NCBI GenBank assembly: GCA_013239625.1
Contig: MU054391.1
Coordinates: 6,157,824-6,221,823 of the forward strand
Source of the DNA: Lama guanicoe
Taxonomy: Eukaryota
Reading direction: 5' to 3'
DNA: 64,000 nucleotides
This document shows, piece by piece, positions 13,821 to 26,100 of this stretch; within the stretch, counting starts at the first letter, position 1; each line of letters opens with the position of its first letter. Made by a program: the position numbers and the translations under genes. A model generated the notes under the pieces. The model was given only the letters and a program-made list of their open reading frames with translations, had not been told where the DNA came from and made no database searches.

Positions 13821-15999
13821 AATCAGTGGCTGGTGTTCCAGGGAGTGCAGGCTGGGTGCTGGGTACCCATGGGTCTTCACTTTGTGAAAACTCACATCTC
13901 TAGCCTCTCTAGACTGTCGTGAGGAAATTAGGGCTCCAGAGGGAAGTCAGGGCTTGAGCCCAGCCTGCTCAACTTCAGAACTTTCTCTTCCCACCATTTC
14001 ACACGGGGACCTGTCTTAGGAGACGTCGTCCATGGCCTATGGGACTAGTTAGCACCAGTCCTCAGTTGGGGTGGGGCTCCTGGGAAGCCCCAGATCGGCC
14101 AGGTGGGCCAGGATGGATGCAGGAACGACAGTGGGTACCTCGCTTCCTTTAACTTTTTTACTGAAATTTCACTTGCGTGCGTTAAGTGGACAGCTTGGTC
14201 AGTTTTCACAAAATGAGCAAACCTTTGTCACCAGCACCCAGCAGACCCCTGATGACCGTTTCTGGTCCTCCCTCCCTACCAAGGTAGCCTCTGTCTTGAT
14301 GTGCATCACCACGCATCGGTTTTATAAATAGGACTCACACGGCATGTACGCAAAAGCATCTGGCCGCTCTGCTCAGCATCATGCTGGGAGCTTCATCCGT
14401 GTCGTGTGACCTCGAGGTTCGTTCTGATTGCTCTGTGGTCCTCCACTCTGCCGACGGACTACAGTGTGTTATCCATCGATTGCAAGTTGACACGGGGACA
14501 GTTTCCAGCAGAGGCTTTTACAAATCGTGCAGGTGTGCGCCTTCTTGCACGCTACTGTATCATTGGTGGATGTCTTTCTGCCAGGAATGTGTCAAGGAGT
14601 TGAATTTTTGGTTCACGGAGTGTGTGTGGTCATCTTTAGTAAATATACCAGTTTTTCAAAATGGCTGGAGATTGTGGTTCCTTTTGTTTTGTAACGAGAG
14701 CTCAGATCCCCTGCTGATGAGAGTGGACCTGGGAGCTATAATAAGACATCGTGAACACTCCCTGGAAGTAGGGAATGCTGTCCCAGGGCCCCAGGTGACT
14801 GGAGGGCTGGTGCTGGGTGCTGGTCACGGCCACGCAGGGCTCAGGGTTCAGCTCACTGTCGCGTTGGTGACCTTTCCAGCCCCACCCCCTTTTGTGAAAC
14901 TGGCAGCCTGTGTGGTCTCACCTGTACTTTTTGGCTTCCATGGAAGTTTCTGTGGCTGTTTCGCACCCCCGGGGACGTCTTCAGGACATGCAGCCCCTTC
15001 TAACTTGAACTGAGCAGCAGAAGAAAGTGCCTCTACGTTGTGCCAAACGTCTGTGTGAAAGAATTCTGCGAGCAACTGCCCTTACTACCTGGGGACTGTG
15101 ATAGAATCAGGAATTAGTCATCCTAAAACCACAATCACCTCTGAAATGGTCATAATCCAAATCCATCCATCTTTGACTTCAGCCCCACTATATTTTTCTC
15201 CCTCTGGGACTTTGCTTCCTAATTAAGTTGGATTTCAGGATATATTAAAATAATTTGTCATCTCTTGAGCACACACCCGCCCCCAGTGTGAGCAGGCAGA
15301 TCAGAGTCAGGGCGGGAGGCCTGTGCCTGGGCACCAGGAGGTGTCGAGCCCTGACAGGAAGACATAGCTGCTTTTCCCAGAGACTGGCCAGCAAGGACGG
15401 TGGGCACTGAGCCCTGCAGGCCTGGGCCACTGGAGGAGGATCTGGCTCCAGGAATGGCCTTGAAACCATTGCTTCTTAGGTGGTGATTCGTAGCGAGTGC
15501 CCTGGGGTCGCAGCCTGGGTGGTTTCAGGAACTGAGTGCTTTTAGCCTGGACAGAGTATATATCCTGAGGGACCACGTCCTACTGCCTACACCACCCCCT
15601 CCTCCTCGCAGACTGGGTCAGCCTCTTGAATGCAGAGCCATCCCTGGACCTTGTGTTTGACTGCCCATCCCTGATATCTGGCACACTCCTGAGGGTACCC
15701 CATTGCGCTGTGGGCTCCTCAAAAGTGGGATCATTGTCCTTGCATCTAATAGACATCGCGGGCACTTAGTATGTGTGGAGTGCATGCTAGGGACAGTGGC
15801 TGCGGGTGGGGGTCTTCAAGGCAGTTTTTCAGCTCAGCCTGGATTTGAGGCTGCCGAGTTCTCGTGGTCAGCTGCAGTGACAAGTGCTGAGGCATACTGG
15901 GTCCCCTGGAAGCTCCGTGTTTTGCCCCCCTGCTCCTGTGAGCCTGCCTGCTCTCCACACTTCTGTCTTCTGGTGTAGAGAATTACAAAGCACCTGATC

Positions 16000-16575
16000 C
16001 TAGTTGGTTGAGTGTTTTTATCATGAAAGGATGTTGGATTTTGTCAAATGCTTTTTCTGCATCTAGTGAGGTGAGCATGCGATTTTTGCTTTTTATTTTA
16101 CTGAATGTACATTAATTGATTTTCAGATGGTAAACCAACCTTGCATTCCTGAGATAAATCCCACTTGGTACGATGTATAATTCTTTTTATTCTTTATGTT
16201 GCTGGATTTGATCTGCTAGCATTTTGTTGAGTTTTGTTTTTGTTTCTGTTCCTTTTCATCTATGTCCATTAGGGACATTGTAGTTTTCTTCTCTTGTGAA
16301 GACTTTGTCTGCTTTTGGTATCAGGGTAGTTACTAGNNNNNNNNNNNNNNNNNNNNNNNNNNNNNNNNNNNNNNNNNNNNNNNNNNNNNNNNNNNNNNNN
16401 NNNNNNNNNNNNNNNNNNNNNNNNNNNNNNNNNNNNNNNNNNNNNNNNNNNNNNNNNNNNNNNNNNNNNNNNNNNNNNGTGTTACTAATTCCATCTGTTG
16501 CCTTCTTATAGGTATTTCAGATTGTCTATTTCTTCTCAAGTCAGTTTCGGTAGTTTGTGTCTTTCTAATTGGCTT
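16000..16575 (-). mobile_element. Old L1 ORF2 fragment, interrupted by a 142-N gap (16337-16478)
   Basis: ttttgtcaaatgctttttctgcatcta...aaccaaccttgcattcctgagataaatcccacttgg...ttttggtatcagggta. Confidence 0.82.
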
Positions 16576-16739
16576 AGATTCTTTACAAGAATATTTTCAA
16601 GGCCTCTTTCCACTCTTTTAGTCATTGTTGACATTTATTGCATTCTTCCTCGTGTGCCGAGCCCTTCCTTCCTATGTGCTGAGTATTTTGTGTGTGTGCA
16701 TATTAGCTCGTTTCATCTTTACTAGAACTTGATGAACTC

Positions 16740-16875
16740 GGTAGGATTACTATCATCTCAGTTTTTACATCCTGGAAAACTGAGGCAGAGAGAAGTTAAC
16801 TAACGGGTCAGTGTCACATAGCTAGGAGACAGCATAGCTAGGATTTGAGCCAAGCAGTCCAGCCATGTAGTCTTC
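16740..16875 (-). mobile_element. MIR (one of many; others near 3720, 10760, 11790, 18090, 33200, 39970, 45600, 46820)
   Basis: gaaaactgaggcagagagaagttaactaac...gtcacatagcta...aggatttgagccaagcagtc. Confidence 0.75.
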
Positions 16876-18404
16876 TCTGCTCTCTTGAGGCTTGCTCTGT
16901 GCTAGGAGCTAGGAGTACAAGAATGAGTCAAACCTGGTCACTGCCTGAGTCACTCCCTAGAAACCCCAAACCTAAGAGAGGGAGGTGCCTTCGGCCTAAC
17001 GGGAACCAAGGGCTGGGAGATCAGGAAGCGCCCCACGGAGAAAGTGATGTGTGAAGCGGGCTTTGGAGGAGGGTCCAATGCAGGGGGGCATGTGGGTGAG
17101 TCAGTGAGTGTGCCCCTTCCCTGGGGCTTTTGTCTTCAACCTCTTCTCTGTCCCAAGTGCTCAGCGAAAGAAAGGGTGTCGCAGAGAACCTTGCCTGGGG
17201 ACTGATGCCCCGGCTGGCAGGAGGAGTTTGGAGCAGTAGAATTGTGCCCAGAGGTCTGTTTGAATCTCCCAGGCCTCTGCAGTTTGCTCTCCGGGAGAGG
17301 AAGAGGTAGGACCATTTGTAAGACGATTGTGAGACAGAAATCAGGGGCGACCAGACATAACTCAACGTAATTATTTCTGCATAATGACTTCTGCTCCTTG
17401 ATTCCGTCTCGAGCAATGACTGTAATCTTTATCTGTCACAGGAAAGCTGGTGGCCGGGGAGCCCCTGTGGCTTAGCAATAGAGCCAGGAGGAAATTTGCA
17501 ATTCTAGTTAATGGAGTGTTCCAAGCAGCCTGGGAGCTAGAGCTTTCCAGGCCTCTGGAGTGATGGCCCCTCCTGCTAGGAAAGGCCCAGCCTCCCAGGG
17601 GATCCAGCCCATCTGCCTTGTGTCAGATGGGGAAACTGAGACGGGCGGGGATCACAGGACATGCCCCAGTCACCGGGCCACTCAGCAGAGCTTTCCCCGG
17701 GGGGGGGGTTGGGGTGTGTCTTGGTGAGACAGGAAGGTGTCTGTGAGAACTAGGAATGCTGTTGCCCATCCCTGAGCTGATCCCTGAGCATGTTGCTCAG
17801 GCAGGGCTGCCCCCAGGAGGCTGGAAGTGGTGGGGCCTTTGTGGCCGGACAGAAGACTGACCTGTAGCCCCCTGGCATTAAGCGTGCAGTGCAGCTGGAG
17901 GGTGTGTCCTGGAGGGCAGGCTAGAGGCACACCTGCTCCAGCTCCGGAAAAGCAAAAGTGCCCCCCCTCAAGCCAGGGGGGTGCTTGCTCACTACATTCC
18001 CACACCTCCTATAAGCCCTTATAATTAGCAAGGGTGTCTGGAAAGAGCAGAGGCGGGTGTAAGGGTTTGCATTTGGGACGCCCCACTTAGCCACATGTGA
18101 CCCTGGCAAGTGTCCCGGGGTCTATTTGCTCCTCTGTAAACTGGGGGTTAGAATGGACTCTCCCCATCAGGGCCCTCAGGAGGGTGGGATGATGCAATGA
18201 CGACCAGACACAGTGCTTCCAGCCCATTCTGCTGCCCAACTCTGTTACTGGCTTTCACAAGGATGACCTTGTGAAGAGCCCTCGACCCTGTCTGGGCCTT
18301 GATTTCCCTGAAAGTCAAAGCAGGGCTCACAGAGTCATGAGGTAATTTAGCTGAGATCATTGACATGAAAGCGCCTTTAAAAAACTGGGCCGAGGCAAGT
18401 GGAG

Positions 18405-18720
18405 AGGGATTTTGGGGCAGAGAAACTGCTCTGTAGGGCACTAGCATGATGGATGCAGGGCATACTCATTTCCCAAACCCACAGAAAGCACAACCCCGAG
18501 AATGAACTCTACTGTGAACTACGGGTTTGGGGTGATGACATGTGTCAATGTAGGTTCACCGACTGTAACAAACCCACACTGTAGCCAAGTCACTGGTGGG
18601 GATGCTGAACTTGGGGAAGGCCGTGTCCGGGGAGGGGCCAGGCGATACGTGGGAACTCTGTGCTTTCTGCTCAGTTTTGCTGTGAACATAAAACTGCTCT
18701 AAAAAATAACATCTATTAAA
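18405..18720 (+). mobile_element. L1MC-type 3' UTR fragment
   Basis: ...gggaactctgtgctttctgctcagttttgctgtgaacataaaactgctctaaaaaataa. Confidence 0.8.
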
Positions 18721-19239
18721 ACTTATTAATAAAATATGTAAAATAGGTAAGTGACCTCCAGTGAGAATTTCTGAGGGGAAGATGCGTGGCTTTTCTACCG
18801 CACGCCTTGAATCCTGGCAGTGAGTTTAAATAGCGTGTTTGGGGCACTCATTTGTCAAACATGGATTATTTATTGAGCGCCTGCTGCATACAGGCTCTGG
18901 GCGAGGCACCAGCTGCACCTCGTAGAGCTCCCAGTCACCTCATTCTGCGGGAGCGAGGGGAGCCCCACTGGCCCCCACACCGTGGGGGACTGGGTTTTCC
19001 GGGATGGTGAACTCTCTGGTTCCTGTCCTCAGGACCACTCAGTGAGTGCATATAAACTGTCACCATGGCTGCAGAGGGAGAGAACCTTGTATTATAAGAA
19101 AATAACTGGGAAATGTGTGTCGATTAGGAAGAAAAAGAGGCTTTCAGGTAAAAAAAAAGATAGCGTTTAGGGGAGACTGGAGGTCGGGAGGAAGCTGGCC
19201 GGTGCAGGAAGGCAGTGTAACCCGGGGGCGTGAGAGCCC

Positions 19240-19700
19240 AGGACAGCCTGGTTCCATCCTGGCTCTGCCACTTAGAAGATACATGACCTTGAGCAAGTAG
19301 TTAGTTTCTCTGAGCCTCAGTTTCCCTGTCTGTAAAATAGGGTTAATAATTATGCTTATCTCAGGTAGACATAAATTTGCAGTTTGGGATTAACATATAC
19401 ACACTACTATATATAAAATAGACAAACAAGGACCTACTACTGTAAAGCACAGGGAACTATTTTCAACATCTTGTAATAACCTATAATGGAAAAGTATCTG
19501 ACAAAGACATGTATACGTGTATCTAAAACTGAGTCACTTTGCTGTACACCTGAAACTAACACAACATTGTAAATTAACTATACTTCAATTTAAAACATGG
19601 TTAAAAATAATGATAATTATGCCTACTTCATAGGGCTATTGGGAGGATTAAACTGGATGACGGAAATGAATGCATAGAAAGCTTTTAGCAGGGCACCAGC
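19240..19700 (+). mobile_element. MIR SINE split by the L1 above
   Basis: catcctggctctgccact...gaccttgagcaagt...ctctgagcctcagtttccc..tctgtaaaatagg, resuming tagggctattgggaggattaaa. Confidence 0.8.
19364..19612 (+). mobile_element. 5'-truncated L1 3' end inserted into a MIR
   Basis: ...agcacagggaactat...ctgtacacctgaaactaac...tatacttcaatt; degenerate TSD ataattatgcttatctca / ataattatgcctacttca. Confidence 0.82.
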
Positions 19701-22350
19701 TGTGCAGGGATGGAGCTGTAAGGACGTTATAATTACATGCCATGTACAAGGTGCTGCCAGTGCAGAAAGGGAAGGGGTGAGGGAGGAGGCTGGCTGGCAG
19801 TTAGCTGGCACGGGGGTGTTTGGAATGTTTGTGCCTGAAGCTGCTGGAGATGGTTGGAGGTCATGCCTGTTCTCCCAGTGACCGTGGGGCTCTGAGTCGT
19901 TGGCTGGGGGTCAGTGACATCTTCTGACCTTTCGTTGCATGCGGGGGCCAGGGCTTGGCTGTGGGAGCTCCTGTGGGCCTGCTCTGTGCAGGTCATGGTA
20001 GGTCCAACCCACTGGGCCCTTCCAGTGACCCTGTTATGTGAGGCCTCTGGTGGCGTAGTGATGAACGTGGTGACTCAGTGATGCTGCTGGGGCCACCCGC
20101 CACACGTGGATTGACCCTGGCTTGTGGTAGCCAGTGACAGCATCCAAGGGGTGGCCAGCATCTCCCTGGGTGGCCTCTCTGGTCAGGACTGCGGAGGGCT
20201 TCCTTCCTCCCGGTGTTGGAGGTGCACGTGCTCATGTCCCCCACCCTAAACAGCGGGACAGACTGTTTTCTGTACTTAGCATGGAGCTTACAGAAGCGGT
20301 CGTCCCCTCAGTGGTACATGGAAGCAACCAGAGAGAAAGTCAGTGACCTCCAGGCCCGGGTGTCCCCTCCCCACGTGACTGGTTTGTCCTCTCTTCCAGG
20401 GCATGGTCTAGCAGCCCGGGCAAGGACGGAGAACCAGCCTCGGAGGTTCTGATCCCTTCCCTTCACTGCCTCCCCTCGGCCTTGGGTAAGTCACTCTGGG
20501 AGGCCACATGGGCCTGGGAGCAAGTGAAAATGGGGGAGCTGGGGGCCTTTACCACTCTGTGGGGTCCTGCCCATGTTGGGACTTGACCTAGCTTAGCGGG
20601 AAGAAGGGGGAAGACAAGGAATTTGGGGAACAGCCTGCCCAGCACCCGCATGAGACGGGTCAGGAAACGGGCCCGGAGATGAAAAGAACCCACCCAGGTC
20701 CTGTGGGAATCTCGGTTCTTGCCCTGAACTGGCTGGGCTTGTGCGTAAATCATTTGACCCGGGGCGCTTTGGTTGTGAGATGCATCAGAAGTATGAGGGG
20801 CAGACTTTGAAGGGGACATTAAGGCCCCCTCCTCAAAAGGCTGACCACAGGAGCCCCTTCCCCACCCACAGCCCCCTCACCCTCCTGCCCTCCAGCATGG
20901 CAAGGCCCTAACCAGGCCTGAACCCAAACGGGGGGCCCGGCACCCGGCTGCTCTCGGGTCAGACCAGGGGCAGAGTGCACCATCACCAGCTTGACCTACA
21001 CGCCCTTCGTCTGTTTGAATCCACTACCCTCCCGGCCTCATCTCCAGCCACTGCCAGCCCTGGCCGCGAGGGAGGCCTGGTGAAAGCAGGTGCCTGCGCC
21101 ATCCGCAGGTACGTCCAGCCCCCAGGCCTTTGCTCAGCCTGTGCCCTCCGCCTGCACCACCTTCCCCTTCACATCATCTGGTACATTCCATCCTTTCCCA
21201 AGCCTCCCTGGCCCGAAGCGGAGCCAAGTGCCCATCCCCTTGTCCCCCGGAGGCGCTCTGCATGGCTCCCCTGGGATCCCCCTGCCCTGCTAGCTGCACT
21301 GAACCAGCCTGGCCGCAGGGCTGGGAAGCGAGCTGGCTCTGCTGTGGGTCTGTCCCTCTTCTTGAGCTGAGTGTTTGGTTCTGTTCCCAAGTGAGGAACC
21401 AGGTGGTGGGTGAGAGAAAGGCCTCTGACCTTGGATCTGTGCACTCGGATCCCACTGGGCCACTTAGCCTTCCCTAGGTCTCGGCCATAAGATGGTTTAT
21501 CACACCTCCCTCCCTGGGCTTGTTGCAAGATTAGAGCTAAGAATAGTGTTGGGCAAGGTTCCTGGGGCGGGGGTTGCCCTTTGGCTCCTCCTTCTCCTCC
21601 TCCACCCCCCCCACCCCTGTTGTCCAGCGGTTACTACAACCGACTGTCATTTGTCATCACCCTGCCCTGCCCACCCCGAGTGCTGTGAGCTTTGATTGAG
21701 GCCAGGGATGTGGGCTCTGTTGCCAGGGGAGTTGGGGTCAGGGCTTGGGGAAGCGGCTGTTCCGATGGCCTGCCCGCCGTGGCCGGCCCAGGTGTTAAGG
21801 GGCAGCAAGGAGATCAGTGTCACTGGAGGGGAGGAGCCACTGGGGGGATGGGAGCCGGGCAGACAGATGGGAGGGTGCAGATGATGCGGGAGGAGCGGGG
21901 CACTCGCAGTGCCAGCCCAGCGACACAGGTGCAGGTGAGGAGCAGCAAGCTCAGGGCGGCTGGGGTCGCACTCTGCGATGGGCCTCCCTGCCACTTCAGA
22001 GATGCCTGTTGCTCAGAGACTTAGCCATGCTTCTGGAAGACGTGAGATCAACAGGAGTTCTGCAGGCAAAGGAGGCAGGAGAGCATGACCCCGGGCTAAC
22101 CTCTCCTCTGGGTGCGGTCCACCTGGCCGTCCCGAAGTGGCCTGCAGAGTGGAAGCTGCTGTGGTTTTGAGGTGGGGCACCAGGAAGGGGGAAATCCTCC
22201 CTCGGTTGTACGTTGAGGGTTATTTTTAGAGTGACTAGCGATGACTCTGCAGTATCACTTCCTGTGGACGTCCCTTCCACCCTCAACCGCAGGGGCAGAT
22301 CCTGCGTGACGAACATTGTAGGCAAATGTGTGCTCACATGTGCACGTGTT

Positions 22351-22377
22351 CACACACACACACAGACACACACACAC
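22351..22377. repeat. Interrupted (CA)n microsatellite
   Basis: cacacacacacacagacacacacacac. Confidence 0.85.
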
Positions 22378-22854
22378 TGCGGTGTGCACCTCTTGGCTTG
22401 GCGTTCTCATCTGCTATGCAGTCAGTGGAGGGACAGGGACCAGCGTCCTGGCCTGTCTACTGGACAGCCAGCCCCAGGCAAGGGAATCCCTGCCCTCAGC
22501 ATCCCTGAGCTTCTGCTCCAGGTAGGTTTCTGCAAGAGGTGCTGTGTGGGTCCCGAGTGAGGTCCAGCTCTGGGCTCACACCTGGTTGGAGAGAAGAAAG
22601 GCAGAGGTGGAAGGAAGGGCACCTTAACCACCAGTCAGTCTTTGCTCAGCGCCCAAGGGATGGGGCAGAGAGGGAGGCTCCATCATGAATGAAGGAAGGA
22701 CCAAGCGATGTCCCTGAGATGTCACTGCCTGTTGGCACCTGGGCGGGGCCCCTGAGCTGGGTCTCAGCCCACTCAGGTTCTCCTGCTCCGCGTCGCCGGC
22801 CTCCTGGGTCGAGCCCACGCTTCTCCTTCTCACTTCGCTTCCCGAGACATTGGA

Positions 22855-23103
22855 CGTGTTCCAGGCACACGGCCATGATTTCTGGGACAGCCCAGATTTC
22901 GCATTTTTCCGTCCTGTGGACCCCTTGACATTTCTTGCGTGTTCCAGGCACACGGCCATGATTTCTGGGACAGCCCAGATTTCGCATTTTTCCGTCCTGT
23001 GGACCCCTTGACATTTCTTGCGTGTTCCAGGCACACGGCCATGATTTCTGGGACAGCCCAGATTTCGCATTTTTCCGTCCTGTGGACCCCTTGACATTTC
23101 TTG
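22855..23103. repeat. Tandem repeat, 3 identical copies of an 83-bp unit
   Basis: cgtgttccaggcacacggccatgatttctgggacagcccagatttcgcatttttccgtcctgtggaccccttgacatttcttg starting at 22855, 22938, 23021. Confidence 0.97.
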
Positions 23104-26100
23104 GGTTTGTCAGACCCCAGGTGCACATTGTTAGCTTGGAAGTCCTCCAGGGACATGCTTAGCAAACTGTAGCTGTGCTGGCTGTTCCTTGGACATCAGA
23201 GGGTCTCCAGGGCGTCTCCAGGCTCTTCCACTGGAGTCAGAGGACATCTGGGTCAGAAAGCCTCTAATGGACAATTCAGAGAGCTGGCGGGGGGTGGGCG
23301 AGGAACGTGGGCTCTCAGGCACTCTGGACAGTTCTCTGCGGCCACAGATGCACGGAACTGGGGGACCCGCGAGGCAGCTGGGGCTGCCAGGGCGCCCATG
23401 TCTGCCGCCTTCTCTCCATTGCACCCACCCCAACTTCCCCTCACCGAGCACACGTCCCTCCTGTGTGTCAGGTGCCATGCTAACTGGCTGTGGGATTATT
23501 CCTAGCCTCGTCCTGGTGACTGAAACCCAACTCTTTGTCTTTGGGGAAAAGGGCCAGGGAAGGACCTGGGCCTGGAATGCCACCTTCCTTCCCTCTCTCT
23601 TCTCCCCGTCCCTGCCCTGCTCCCCCACCACCCCATCCCCACCATCACTGTGCTGGGCTCAGAGCAGAACTAACTCACAATAGAGAAAGAAAGAGGAATT
23701 CACACCTTCCTCTCCAGCCACACTGTCAGCACATTGAGGCACCTTGTACTTTTGCGTGTCCCCAACACAGCGCAGTGACTGCCACTCAGTAGGTGCTCAG
23801 TTAACACGTGTTGGTTGACACTGGCTGTGTGAATTTGTGTGTTGGCCCCAAGCCTCCCTGCAGAATCTATGGCTTCTGGTGCTGTGATTTGAAGAATAAA
23901 AATGGCAAAGGGCAGTGCTGATGAGCTGTCTTCACTCTGACGATAAATACACTCTGATGATAGCTCAAGGCTGTAGCCCTGGGGCCACCAAGGGGCAGCT
24001 GGCACGTCACTATGTGCGCACTGAGCGTCTCAGCCAGACTGATGCCACTTTTAGGGAGAATGACTTACTGTGTTTATTTCTCTCCAAAGACATTAAACAT
24101 GGATCAAATAGCAGATGAGATGATTCACTGGACGTTTACTTCCAAGTTTCAAAAAACACACACAGAACTGAGGATTGGTGTGCGAGTGTACATAAGTGAA
24201 GCCAGGAGGCATCCGGCTGGAGCCCGCCCTCCGGGGGCCCTGCCGTAGGCGGCACCTCCCGGGCTGCACCTTGCCCTGAGGTCAGGGTTGTGTGTCGACA
24301 GGCACAAAACCCCAGGGGGCCACACGTGTCTTAAAAACACCTCTTCTGTCTGACGTTTAGAATGCCATTTCTTCTCGGTTTCGCCCAGGATATCTCAGAA
24401 TGTGATCAAACCTCGTTGATTTGGGGCCCAGGGACTGAGAATTGAGCTGTCACTCAGGCAGGAACCTGGTAGAAATGAGCCTTCTACCACCCGCTGGGAA
24501 AAGAGGGACTGGGTCGGCCCACCAGGATCCTGGGGAAAGGGACACACACTCCAGCCAAGTGGGAGAACTTCTCAGGTGCCGCCGGGGCCTCCACCGGGGG
24601 TAGACTCCAAGACGTTTTCCAGGGTGGGCCGTGCCTCGGGGCCACAGTGTCCAAATTCATATTTTTTAGATGAGGAGAGTAAAGCTTGAGGTGTGTGGCT
24701 TACCCATGGTCGTCCAGGCCTTCCGACTCCAGCTGTGCTAATAACAACAGATTCCGATCTGCTCTTTGTAGACACCCCTCATCTACCTCACCACGCGAGA
24801 CAGTCCATTCCTTACCCTTTGCCTGAAAAAGAAGTCAGAGGCCCTCTTTCAGGTATTTTTTGACTCAGACTTTACAAATTTGAACTGCCCTTCGAGTAAT
24901 TAGTCTGAATTCCTAGGGTTTGATGGTGTTTTTCCTTCTTTCCCCTGCCACACCTCCTCCCAACCCCTTACATTTGTTAATCTATCCATTCATTCCTTAT
25001 CATCCTCTACTGTTCCATGTTGTTCCATGCTGTTCTCTGCTGTTCAGTACTGTTGTACTGTTAGTCCAGTCATTGTTCAGGAAGGTGCCTGGAGAGGTAA
25101 CAGGCCTGAAAATGTGCAGCAGGGATGGGGTATTTGCGGAGGGTTGGTCTCCCCAGAAGCTTGGGCCTATGAATTGTGGAGTCAAGATGCTGCCCAGGCT
25201 CCCTGCATCACCAGGAAAGATCCTGCCCACCCCCCAGCCATGTTCCACATCTCACCACACATTTTCCCACCCTCACACCTCCTCGCACACTGACTCCTCC
25301 TGGAATGATGCTCCGACCTTCTCCAGTGGACGGGTGTTCCCCCAGGTGGCAGCTCTGGGGGCCCTGCCGCTCCCGCCTCCACCCCAGCAGAGCTCACAGG
25401 TCACACCGTCAGGGCCTGGTGTGTAAAATATCTATACGTTTAGTAAGTGTATGTAATAGCTGTGGAATGAAGGGAGGAACGGTAAACATGGCCCGTGCTG
25501 GTTTCTCTAAGATAACTGGCTTCCCAGGAGTGAATCCTAAGCATTCCGTACGCTGTTGTGTTAGGAAAGCCTTCACCCTGAGAGCACCCCCTCCCCGGTG
25601 CCGCCGCCACCTCCACCACCACCACCAGGCCTGGTTTCTCTCCCACTGGGAGCCAGAGAGCAGATGAAGGCTTTCCATCGGTGGTGGAGGACACCAGTGT
25701 GGAGGAAGGGGAGTAGAGTGTGTGTATGTGTGTAGTGTGGTAGGTGGTGTCTGATCTGTGTGTGTGAGTGAGTACTGGACCAGGGGTTTAATACCGCTGT
25801 GCTGGGCGTGCCGGGGAGAGGGCCTGCGGGCAGTGCAGGAAGCCCCGTGGCAGCCTCCAGCCTCCCAGCCTGCCTCTGTTTGATATTGTGATTAAGCTCA
25901 TAAGCGCATCATGCATTTCTTTTATCACAAAAACTGTGATATTATGTCCGTGTATTTGTCTGATGCTTTAAATTTGTCAGAGTCCTTTTACAGCCTTCAT
26001 TTCCCTTTATCCTCCCAATTACACCGTGAAACCAACAGGTTGGGACCCATTTATAGCCAAGGAAGCGGGGGCCCAGAGAAGTCAAGAATTAGCCAAGACC

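Noticed and set aside
14381-15013. 210-aa ORF
   Set aside because: Overlaps decayed L1-like sequence; no domain or exon structure.
22855-23103. CRISPR-like array or repetitive coding ORFs (22624-23165)
   Set aside because: Head-to-tail units with no unique spacers, no cas genes, mammalian non-coding context; the ORFs only cycle through frames of the repeat.
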